58,754 nucleotides of DNA. Origin: an uncultured Eggerthellaceae bacterium (GTDB lineage: Bacteria > Actinomycetota > Coriobacteriia > Coriobacteriales > Eggerthellaceae). Below are positions 37,995 to 45,935 of this stretch, one piece after another. The position numbers were made by a program, and so were the translations under genes. Position 1 is the stretch's first letter. Each line of letters opens with the position of its first letter. Under the pieces are notes generated by a model that saw only the letters and a list, made by a program, of their open reading frames with translations, did no database searches and was not told the origin of the DNA. The DNA is taken from contig CAKUDT010000001.1 of the NCBI GenBank assembly GCA_934645125.1, positions 1 to 58,754 on the forward strand. The letters are read 5' to 3'.

Positions 37995-38378
37995 CTATTT
38001 GCCCGTCACTTTTTTGATGTAGGTTTTCCAATTCTCGAACGACTCGTCACTAATAGCATGCTCCATCTTGCAAGCCTCGTCCTCGGCGCGCTCAGCTGGA
38101 ATCCCTAAGACTTCCGTCAAGAAAACCGTAAGCAGATGATGGCGCTCGAGCACTGCCTGCCCGTACTCGTAGCCTTCTTCGGTAAGCGTGATATCGCCGT
38201 AAAACGGCTGGTCAAGCATGCCGCGCGTCTTAAGCGTAGCAACCGCCTTATTCACCGATGCCTTAGAAACGTCCAACTCGCGCGCTACGTCAACCGACCG
38301 CACCGCCTGCTCCGTGGTGCCGCCCAGCATAACAATGGCCTCAAGGTAATCCTCAATCGACATGGACATCTTTTCCAT
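37995..38378 (-). CDS. DtxR/MntR-family metal-dependent transcriptional regulator
   Basis: Start at the ATG at 38378, after AGGGGGA. SIEDYLEAIVML..., an HTH segment, then ERHHLLTVFLTEVLG. 127 aa with no SH3-like domain. Confidence 0.8.
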   Translation of the reverse strand: MEKMSMSIEDYLEAIVMLGGTTEQAVRSVDVARELDVSKASVNKAVATLKTRGMLDQPFYGDITLTEEGYEYGQAVLERHHLLTVFLTEVLGIPAERAEDEACKMEHAISDESFENWKTYIKKVTGK

Positions 38379-38531
38379 GAATATTCCCCCTATTGCAACA
38401 CAACCGCCCGCGCCTGCAACGCGTCGTGCGCTACCGGCACAACCACAAACGCCAAAGCGACCCAAATGTTAATCGTTGTGAACATTCTACACCACTTGCG
38501 ACAAGCACGCATGGCTTCATTCGGCCTACCG

Positions 38532-40142
38532 CTAACCCTTTTCCACCAAATCAATCAAATCTTGGTGCGAATGGATATCCAGCTTCGCATATATATGCTT
38601 GACGTGCGCTTTCACCGTGTTGCGCGAAACCACCAGCTGCTCCTGGATATACGTGCGGTCGCGTCCGCGCGCCAACATCTGGAACACCTCAAGCTCGCGC
38701 GGCGTGAGCCCGTACTGGTTGGCAATTGCATGGCAACGTTCGTCGAAGGTGGCTTTCGGCGCGGCGGCTACCGTCGTTTCCACCGGTGTCACGCCATCAA
38801 CAACCTGACGGAAGCTGAAATTCTTCAAACCAATGAGCGCATATCCCACGAATAGCAGAATCAACAACGCCGTGAACAGGCCAAATAACGGAGTTCCCAT
38901 GCCTGCCAGCGTGTTCGCGCCCACGCCAATCGTTGCACCCAACGTGCTCCCCAGACTGCAAACACCACGACCCCACGCGAAAGCCGCTACCGCGCCGCGG
39001 CTGTTGCGCGACGCAACCGCAATAAGCACCAGCCAGCCGACCATGCCAAACAACGTATTGCTCGCCGACAGCAACACCACCGCAGCCGTTTCAGAAGAAG
39101 GCAGATCAATGGTCATGGCAAGAAAGCCTGCTACCACAAACAGAACTGAAATCTGCACGACGAAATCCGTGGGGAAGCGCTTGCCCGACAGCAAAACCCA
39201 AACGGCAACTACTGCGGCGGGCAGGATTACCGTAAACGACGACAAAGGCACGCCCCCTACCTCGCCAAATCGCAACGAGCAGCCAAACGCCACGCTGAAC
39301 AGGAACAAGCATGCAAATAACTTGCTATCCAGCGGCAAAAACGACGAAGGCCGCGTAACGGAAAAATCGTGCGGCGCCTCGCCCTGTTGCGTCTCATGAA
39401 GGACCGGCTGCGCTTCTTTCCACGAAAGCGCCCACGAGGCAAATGGCGCCACCAGGAAAAACAGCATGCCAAACCATACAGGCAGCAGCCACGCGAACGC
39501 CGCTGCAACACACTGCACCACAAACGCAAGCGACACCATCACGCCAGCTTGCAGTGGCGATAAGCGCGATGCCGCAATGCCCACCGTCAAAGTGACCCAC
39601 GCGCGCCCAACGGCCGTTGCGCAGGCAGAAAGAACCAAAAGTGGCAAGCTGCCCAACCCCAAAGACAGCGGCAGCAAGCAACCCACCAGCAGCATAACAA
39701 GTCCGCCAACATTCAACGCATCAACGCGCAAATATGCAGGTCGAAACGTTGCCACCAGGCCAACGGCAATCAAAACCACCGCATTTGCGGTCACCGACAG
39801 GTCGCGCGCAGGGGCAAAAATGCCATCGAAATTCGGAAACACCGACACATTCATGAACGATATAGTGGCAAGAACCAGCGACAACGTAACGAACGAGCGC
39901 CAGAATGCCGGCGTAAACAAATGAGGAGTCGCCGCAGCCGAAGGGTCAGCCGCCACAGAAGGTGCCGAAGTCGGAGCCGCATCAACATCCGGCACCGCAG
40001 ATGCACCGCTGCCGCCGGTCAATGCAGACACGCCGGCGCCACGAGACGCCGCAGGCGATGCCAGGCAAGACCCTTCAGCCGAAGGCGCTTCGCCCGACAG
40101 AATGGCATCCTTTTCGGAGTGCTGCTTGTTTTCGCTTTTCAT
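38532..40142 (-). CDS. Membrane-anchored LuxR-family transcriptional regulator
   Basis: 536 aa, about 10 TM segments. C-terminal HTH LTPRELEVFQMLARGRDRTYIQEQLVVSRNTVKAHVKHIYAKL. Confidence 0.85.
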   Translation of the reverse strand: MKSENKQHSEKDAILSGEAPSAEGSCLASPAASRGAGVSALTGGSGASAVPDVDAAPTSAPSVAADPSAAATPHLFTPAFWRSFVTLSLVLATISFMNVSVFPNFDGIFAPARDLSVTANAVVLIAVGLVATFRPAYLRVDALNVGGLVMLLVGCLLPLSLGLGSLPLLVLSACATAVGRAWVTLTVGIAASRLSPLQAGVMVSLAFVVQCVAAAFAWLLPVWFGMLFFLVAPFASWALSWKEAQPVLHETQQGEAPHDFSVTRPSSFLPLDSKLFACLFLFSVAFGCSLRFGEVGGVPLSSFTVILPAAVVAVWVLLSGKRFPTDFVVQISVLFVVAGFLAMTIDLPSSETAAVVLLSASNTLFGMVGWLVLIAVASRNSRGAVAAFAWGRGVCSLGSTLGATIGVGANTLAGMGTPLFGLFTALLILLFVGYALIGLKNFSFRQVVDGVTPVETTVAAAPKATFDERCHAIANQYGLTPRELEVFQMLARGRDRTYIQEQLVVSRNTVKAHVKHIYAKLDIHSHQDLIDLVEKG

Positions 40143-40243
40143 CGCTTCCCTTCTTCCAGCTGGTATTTCATTATGGCAAAAAAACGGAAGCGAGAATAAT
40201 TCTCACTTCCGCCTGGAGGGGATTTTTTGCAGAGCAGCAGCTC

Positions 40244-41986
40244 TTACGCCTGGCCCGTGGCTGCCAGCATGCCGGCACGTCGGCCTTTCACCATAGTGCG
40301 GCCGCACGCCAAACCCGTGAACAGGTTCGGATAGCTCACGCTAAAGAAGCCGCCCGAGCAGTCGCCGGCCATGTACAGGCCCTCGATCTCGGAGCCGTCG
40401 GCGCGCACCGGGTGCATATTCGTGTTGATGCGCACGCCGTCCAGCGTTGCCAGGAACCACGCGCCCGTGCGGATGCCATAGTACGGCGGAGTCTTCAGCG
40501 GAATCAGACGATACGGCTCTTTGTTATAGTCCTCGTCCTTGCCGGCCTCGGCCATTTCGTTGTAACGATTGAACGTCTCCACGAAATTGTCCACCGGAAT
40601 GTTCAGCTTTTGCGCCAGTTCCTCGGGCGTATCGGCCTGCTGCAGATAACCCTTCTCCAGCAGGGGCTCGAAGAACATCTTGGGCATCAGGCTAATGTCC
40701 ATGTTCGACGCCGCGCCGTTGTCGAACGGGTACAAACGGCAGCAGCCCACTTCGTTCATCTGCTTGACTTGCGCCGCGTAATCGCTGTCGAAGATGTCGC
40801 AGTACGTGTGGCCCGGCTGCATGATGGTGGAATGTAGCATGTAATCGTACGGGCCGGACTCGTTGCAGAAACGCTTGCCGTTAAGGTTGACCTTCATGAA
40901 CGGCTGCTCGCCGAACCACCACCATTGGCCCAAAACGCCGTTTCCAGCCGTCTCGTCAGGCTTAACGCATGCGCGGTTGAACGTGCACGCGCAAGCCAGC
41001 GGGTCCATTTGGCCGCCTACCCACAGCGCAGCCTTAATGCCATCACCCGTGGAGTTGCCACCTACGCCGTTGCGCGAAATGGAAATGCGAATGTCCTGGT
41101 TCCACGGCTGACGAGCCTGCATCATCTCAAGGTTATTGCCGTAACCGCCTGTTGTCAAAATCACGCCCTTGTTGGCGTTGATGCGAACGTAATGGCGATC
41201 CTTCACGTCGCGCGCAATAATGCCGATCACGCGACCACTTTCGTCTTGCTCCAGCTTGATGAGCTCGGTGTTCCAGCGGAATTCCGCGCCCTTTTCTTCG
41301 GCATATTCCTTAAGCGACACACCAAAGTTGAAGTTCTTGTCCTCTTTGCCCAGGTCCGTCTTATTCGGGCTGTGACCCGTAGCCCATGCTTTGTCGCGCG
41401 CGCCCTGACCCTGCGTACCAATGGAGCCTTCGAAGTCCATGCGCAAACGGCCGTCGCGCTCAACAATTTCGGTCAGCCAGTCAATCAAGTCGCCGGACTC
41501 ATTGGCCTACACTTTCACCAGGTCATAATCAACGAAGCCGTTGGCATAGCGAACGATGTCTTCCATGGCTTCCATCTTGTCGATCTTGAACTCGGGGAAT
41601 TGCGCGAACGATGCCTGCTGCAGCTTCGAGTCAATGGCACCAATGTCTTCGCGCGGAGCGGCAACGGCGGAAGTGCGGTCAACGCCCAGAACCTTTGCGC
41701 CGTTCTCAGCTGCGGAAATAATCGCGGGAAGGCCAGCGGTGCGGCAACCCACAACCAGCACTTCGGTGTCAACCGTTTCGGTGATGTCGCGCTCGGCGAT
41801 TTCGGGAGCTTCGCCCAGCCAGCCAGTAGCACTTGCCTGACCTGCGGTTTCGCGAACAGGAACTTCGCTTTCAACAACGCGGTAACCGTTGCCGCAGCCG
41901 CTCAGCGCGCCCATAGCGGCAGCGCTTAAAACCGTAATGCCAGCGCCTTTAAGGAAGGAGCGGCGGTCGAGTCCGTTATTTTTCAT
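40244..41986 (-). pseudogene. Tat-exported FAD-dependent reductase (fumarate reductase/flavocytochrome c flavoprotein family), interrupted by an in-frame TAG
   Basis: ORFs 41507-41986 and 40244-41488 share one reading frame and are separated only by TAG at 41507-41509 (...DYDLVKV*ANESGDLIDWL...). RRSFLKGAG Tat signal, VLVVGCRTAG dinucleotide motif, C-terminal GLYMAGDCSGG. Confidence 0.75.
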
Positions 41987-42625
41987 TCGGGGCCTCCCAT
42001 CCTTCGGGCATGTTCAGGGCGTGGCACTCTTCGCACACCAACACGCTGGTTTCGTGAGCCTTATGGCAATCGCCGCACTCAAGCGCCAATCCTGATGGCT
42101 GCTGTGCGGATTGAATTTCTCGTCGTTGCCCTCAAAACCCCAGGTCTTCGCAACAACTTCGTCCATGTTATGGCAACCGCTCTTAGCGCAGAATTCTTCG
42201 CTTGCGAAATCCTTGCCCGTCGCCAGCTTGGTGCCGTCGGGGATCATTGGGTAATCGTCGGACACCCACTTCATGGCCTCGCCCACCTGCTCGGTCATGA
42301 CCGGCTCGTGGCAGCTCAGGCAGTTTTCGTCCGCTTCGGCGTGCGCCGTAACCAGCATGCCCTTGTCTCCGCTGTAATACGACTCAACGTAAGAATCCAT
42401 GGGGCTGTGGCAAACAGAATTGCAGAAGCCGGACGTCTCGTGCCACACCCAGATGCTAGCACCTGCCACCACAATCACCGCGGCAACCACGCCAGCGACA
42501 ATCCAGCCACGCTTCACTTTGCGCTTCGGTAAGGGTTCGCCGGGCAGAGAATCGCTTTGCGCGCCGCTCGACGCTTGAGCTTCAGCTGCTTCTTGCATTT
42601 CAGCCGCATTTTGCTCTTCAGCCAT
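41976..42625 (-). pseudogene. NapC/NirT/NrfH-like membrane-anchored multihaem cytochrome c with an apparent 1-nt frameshift near the 3' end
   Basis: Start at the ATG at 42625, after GGAAAAGGA. In frame: one TM segment, then CNSVCH, CLSCH and CAKSGCH. After ...NPHSSHQ (about 42083) a 1-nt frame change reads GLALECGDCHKAHETSVLVCEECHALNMPEGWEAPNEK and stops at 41976, overlapping the flavoprotein start. The annotated frame gives a haem-less tail instead. Confidence 0.65.
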
Positions 42626-42917
42626 TTGTTCCTTTTCCTTTCCGATAGGTTTTTCGGGACGGTTGCGCCCCGCATCGTTGACCGCATAATGCACTTCCAT
42701 GCGCGTGCGCGCCTAGTACCCCCATGGGGTAATCTTTCGTTTTTGCAGGTCAGAGCGTTGATGAAAGGTAGGGGTTGATTTTAAGGGCAACACGTCGCGG
42801 AAAGGTTATTTTCGGCAGTTTTTCTTGGATCGAGGACTGCAGAGCCTTGTTCTTTCGCCGACCGCCACCGGCTCAAAACCGATAGAAGCATGAAGGCATG
42901 CAGAGGAGAACGCGGGC

Positions 42918-42972
42918 AAAAACAAAAGCGCGGAAGCTCGGAGAGAGGGATCGAGCTTCCGCTTATTTTTTG
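42918..42972. terminator. Bidirectional intrinsic terminator with no plus-strand gene upstream
   Basis: GCGGAAGCTCG-gagagaggga-CGAGCTTCCGC, flanked by TTATTTTTT on the plus side and by TTTTGTTTTTG on the minus side. Confidence 0.75.
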
Positions 42973-43080
42973 CAGTGGATAAAGAGGAGAGAGAAGAGAG
43001 AGGAGGTTTGCAAAGAGACTCTTTCCACTGCCCCGGTTAGCGTTTTGCCAACTGCTTTGTTTTGTTAACCTTGGTTAACA
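42918..43080 (-). ncRNA. Candidate ~160-nt sRNA or attenuating leader with a CU-rich loop
   Basis: The minus strand runs from promoter 43114-43087, through a palindromic operator at the predicted start, to a hairpin GCAGTGGAAAGAG...CTCTTTATCCACTGC whose loop contains CCTCCTCTCTCTTCTCTCTCCTC, and then the terminator. No ORF of meaningful length. Confidence 0.45.
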
Positions 43081-43081
43081 A
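43062..43081. promoter_or_regulatory. Palindromic operator candidate TTGTTAACC-TT-GGTTAACAA
   Basis: Perfect 9-bp arms, positioned immediately downstream of the candidate -10 on the minus strand. Confidence 0.45.
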
Positions 43082-43086
43082 TGAGC

Positions 43087-43114
43087 ATAATACCGTATTT
43101 AGCGCGATGCGCAA
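43087..43114 (-). promoter_or_regulatory. Candidate sigma70-type promoter (TTGCGC-16 nt-TATTAT)
   Basis: Hexamers read on the minus strand. They point toward the CU-rich hairpin and terminator. Confidence 0.4.
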
Positions 43115-43403
43115 GAGCTTTTTCGAAAAAAGTTATCCTTTCCTTACTTTTTTCATGTGAGCGGCAAGGCGGCCGCGTCCAGCTGCCCGCACGCCAGCAG
43201 CGTCACCTGCGCAAGTCGCCCGCACGCCAGCCGTATCGTTCCCAGTCGCTCGTCTACACGCCAGTCGCACCAGCCGCATCGCCCGCGCATCCCGCCAACC
43301 CCTTCCCTTCGCAAATTTCTTACTCTTTCCCTTTTCGCAACACAGCCCCCACAAAGCGGGCGTAAAATAATCAGCAATAATCGACCACAAGATAGGAGTT
43401 GCC

Positions 43404-43772
43404 ATGGACGATTGCTTGTTCTGCAAACTGATTGCACGCGAAATCCCTACGAACATCGTGTACGAAGACGATGATTTCTTCGCATTCGACGATATTGAGC
43501 CCGAGTGCCCCATTCACACGCTGGTCGTGCCGAAGAAGCACTACACCAACCTGCAAGATAATGTTCCCGAGGAACTTTTGGGCAAACTGTGGAAGGTTGT
43601 ACCCGAAGTCGCAAAGATCAAGGGCGTGGGTGAATCCGGCTACCGTTCCGTTATCAACACCGGTCCCGACTCTGCCGCAACGCAGCCCCACCTGCATGTT
43701 CACATTCTGGGCGGCGTGAAGCTGGGTCGTTTCACATTCGAGGGATCCCAGCGCCTGGAGAACCACGAGTAA
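43404..43772 (+). CDS. HIT-family (histidine triad) nucleotide hydrolase
   Basis: 122 aa with an AGGAG RBS. DCLFCKLIAREIP and the histidine triad HLHVHILGG. Confidence 0.9.
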   Translation: MDDCLFCKLIAREIPTNIVYEDDDFFAFDDIEPECPIHTLVVPKKHYTNLQDNVPEELLGKLWKVVPEVAKIKGVGESGYRSVINTGPDSAATQPHLHVHILGGVKLGRFTFEGSQRLENHE

Positions 43773-43792
43773 CACGCATCACGGCACAAGTT

Positions 43793-43853
43793 GCAGGTGT
43801 TCGTGCTCATCTGAAACGCAAGCGGCGCGCTTCAGATGAGCACGAACACCTGC
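43793..43853. repeat. Perfect 23-bp inverted repeat with a 15-nt GC-rich loop
   Basis: GCAGGTGTTCGTGCTCATCTGAA-acgcaagcggcgcgc-TTCAGATGAGCACGAACACCTGC, 21 nt after the HIT stop. No U-tract on the plus strand. Confidence 0.8.
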
Positions 43854-44142
43854 CTAAAAATCGATAGAAGTTGATAGCTTCTTCTTGCTTCGCGTTCTCG
43901 AACGCTTGGATTTGTCGCTATGCCCCACACCCGCAACAACTTCGATACCAGGCATCCCTATAGTGCTCTTAAATCTATCCAGGTACGCATTTCTTTGCAT
44001 CGGTTTCACAACGGATTCTATTACGCAATATTCAATTTCTTCATTTTTGCGTAATATCAATAATTGCGTCACAGGCGCACAAGGGGAATCATTCAAAACA
44101 GCACGCTGGCATTTGCCGGCAAAACAGCAGAAGGGGGATTCC

Positions 44143-44595
44143 ATGAAACTTGCTACAGCTCTCGCAGAGCGGGCTGACCTGCAAAGACGTATTGCCGAGC
44201 TTTCCAACCGCCTGGCAAACAACGCCAGAGTGCAAGAAGGAGAAGCGCCCGCCGAAGATCCCGTCGACCTTATTCAGGAGCTCAATGATTGCATTGCGCG
44301 CCTGGAAGAACTCATGTCCCGTATCAACATGACCAACAGCCAAACATCCTGCAACGGCGCAACTATCACTCAAATGTTGGCAAAGCGCGATGCTTTGAGC
44401 CTGAAAGTCAAGGTCATGCGCGAATTCCTGGAAGAAGCAAGCCATCTTGTTGACCGCTACTCCCGAAGCGAAATCAAGGTGATCCCAACGGTGAAAGTAC
44501 CCGATTTACGCCGCGAGGTAGACTCTTATGCCAAAGAGCTGCGCGTTTTAGACGAAAAACTTCAGGAACTCAACTGGACCACGGAGCTGCTATAA
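44143..44595 (+). CDS. DIP1984-family protein (septicolysin-like, function unknown)
   Basis: ATG 44143 after AAGGGGG. 150 aa, helical. MKLATALAERADLQRRIAELSNRLANNARVQEGE...RYSRSEIK matches my recollection of this family. Confidence 0.6.
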   Translation: MKLATALAERADLQRRIAELSNRLANNARVQEGEAPAEDPVDLIQELNDCIARLEELMSRINMTNSQTSCNGATITQMLAKRDALSLKVKVMREFLEEASHLVDRYSRSEIKVIPTVKVPDLRREVDSYAKELRVLDEKLQELNWTTELL

Positions 44596-45031
44596 CAGCG
44601 CAAGAGCACAACAAAGGCGATCGGTAGCCCGTCCGGGCGAATGCGATCTCGGCGGCAGAGAAGGGAGCCGCACCACAGTAGCGCCTACCGGGCGGGCGCC
44701 TGGCCCAAAGGCCACGTAACGCAGCAAGCCCAGCAGCGTAACATGCGCACGGTTATTTCGCATGACGCACTACCCAGCATTGACGGACCGGCGAGGGCGG
44801 GATTCGGGGATTTGCCTTTTGTTGCAGAATAAATGAAGAAACCTGCGCCCACCCTTGTCACTCGTGCCCGCCACGCCATCCACACCCATACCTCTTTCCT
44901 TTGCTCGCGTTGCCCTGCGCGCGTCCCTGTCGCCACGCGCGTCTGCACGGGCGACGCCTTCCCTTCCCCACGTGCACTCTTCCCCTCCACCTATGGATGT
45001 TAACGTTATTCAACTTTTTTCATTCCAAGTA

Positions 45032-45060
45032 TTGACGTAGGAGTTCGCCGCCGCTAACAT
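45032..45060 (+). promoter_or_regulatory. Candidate feo promoter (TTGACG-17 nt-TAACAT)
   Basis: Correct spacing, 64 nt upstream of the feoA start. The -10 overlaps the first of two GCTAACA...TTTGTT direct repeats (45053-45069 and 45077-45093). Confidence 0.4.
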
Positions 45061-45123
45061 CTGTTTGTTCACCAAAGCTAACACGCTTTGTTTAGGAGAC
45101 GCAAAAGGGAAACGAGGATCATC

Positions 45124-45333
45124 ATGGTACTGTCAGAGTTGAGAGAAACCGGTAATTACCGCGTGAAGCAGCTCAAAGTAGGTGGCGACCTTGGCCGTCA
45201 TTTGCAGGACATGGGCTTTTTGCCGGGCGAACCCATCACGGTCGTTTCGCATTTCGATGGCAACATCATTGTGAACGTGAAGGGCACCCGCGTGGCGCTT
45301 TCCGAACAAATGGCCAAAAGCATCATGATCTAA
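45124..45333 (+). CDS. feoA: FeoA-family protein
   Basis: 69 aa, SH3-like. YRVKQLKVGGDLGRHLQDMGFLPGEPITVV. Confidence 0.85.
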   Translation: MVLSELRETGNYRVKQLKVGGDLGRHLQDMGFLPGEPITVVSHFDGNIIVNVKGTRVALSEQMAKSIMI

Positions 45334-45485
45334 GATTCGCACCGGACGCATGGAATTGCACCTGACCAGCCCAAATGCGGCTGGTAGGAGGGGTGCGCCC
45401 CTGTGCGTCTAAACGTATCCCACGTATCACCCCAACAACGGCAACTGTTAGCGACCCGTTTTGCACTTATTTGAGAGGAGGCTCC

Positions 45486-45707
45486 ATGAAGACATTGCGC
45501 GATGTTCAAAGTGGCGAAACCGTCAAAGCCGTCAAAATTCACGGCGAAGGCGGCATCAAGCGCCGCATTATGGACATGGGCATCACCAAGGGCTGCACAA
45601 TTTACGTGCGCAAAGTTGCCCCTTTGGGCGATCCCGTTGAAGTGACGGTTCGTGGTTACGAACTGACCCTTCGCAAGGAAGACGCCACTATGGTTGAAGT
45701 CGAGTAG
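45486..45707 (+). CDS. feoA: FeoA-family protein (second copy)
   Basis: 73 aa with a GAGGAGG RBS. VKAVKIHGEGGIKRRIMDMGITKGCTIYV. Confidence 0.85.
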   Translation: MKTLRDVQSGETVKAVKIHGEGGIKRRIMDMGITKGCTIYVRKVAPLGDPVEVTVRGYELTLRKEDATMVEVE

Positions 45708-45732
45708 GCACAGAGCCTTCCCTCTTCATTCT

Positions 45733-45755
45733 TGCCGCAGGAAGCGGCATTTTTT
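45733..45755 (+). terminator. Short hairpin plus T-run between feoA2 and feoB (partial terminator or attenuator)
   Basis: TGCCGC-aggaa-GCGGCA followed by TTTTTT. Confidence 0.4.
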
Positions 45756-45935
45756 AAGAACACGAGTTAACCGCTGCTAACAATCGGTTTGCACAGCGCA
45801 GCAAGCCAGCGCCGCCAAGACGCAATCGGGCAAAACCAAAGCCCAGCCGCACGACCAGGCAAAACGCTGCAAGACGCCGCCAAAGCCCGCTGATTGAAAG
45901 CACTGCCAACTCACCCGCAAACGAAAGGATCGAAC

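Noticed and set aside
41507-41509. In-frame TAG as a pyrrolysine codon
   Set aside because: No pyl genes or PYLIS-like context are visible in the window, and a second independent lesion in the adjacent gene favours pseudogenisation or sequence error. This cannot be excluded without the full genome.
42557-42778. Small ORFs in the 42700-43400 gap, including a 30-aa ORF starting at ATG 42891
   Set aside because: None has a ribosome-binding site or a recognisable peptide feature. The region is better explained by the promoter, operator, hairpin and terminator unit on the minus strand.
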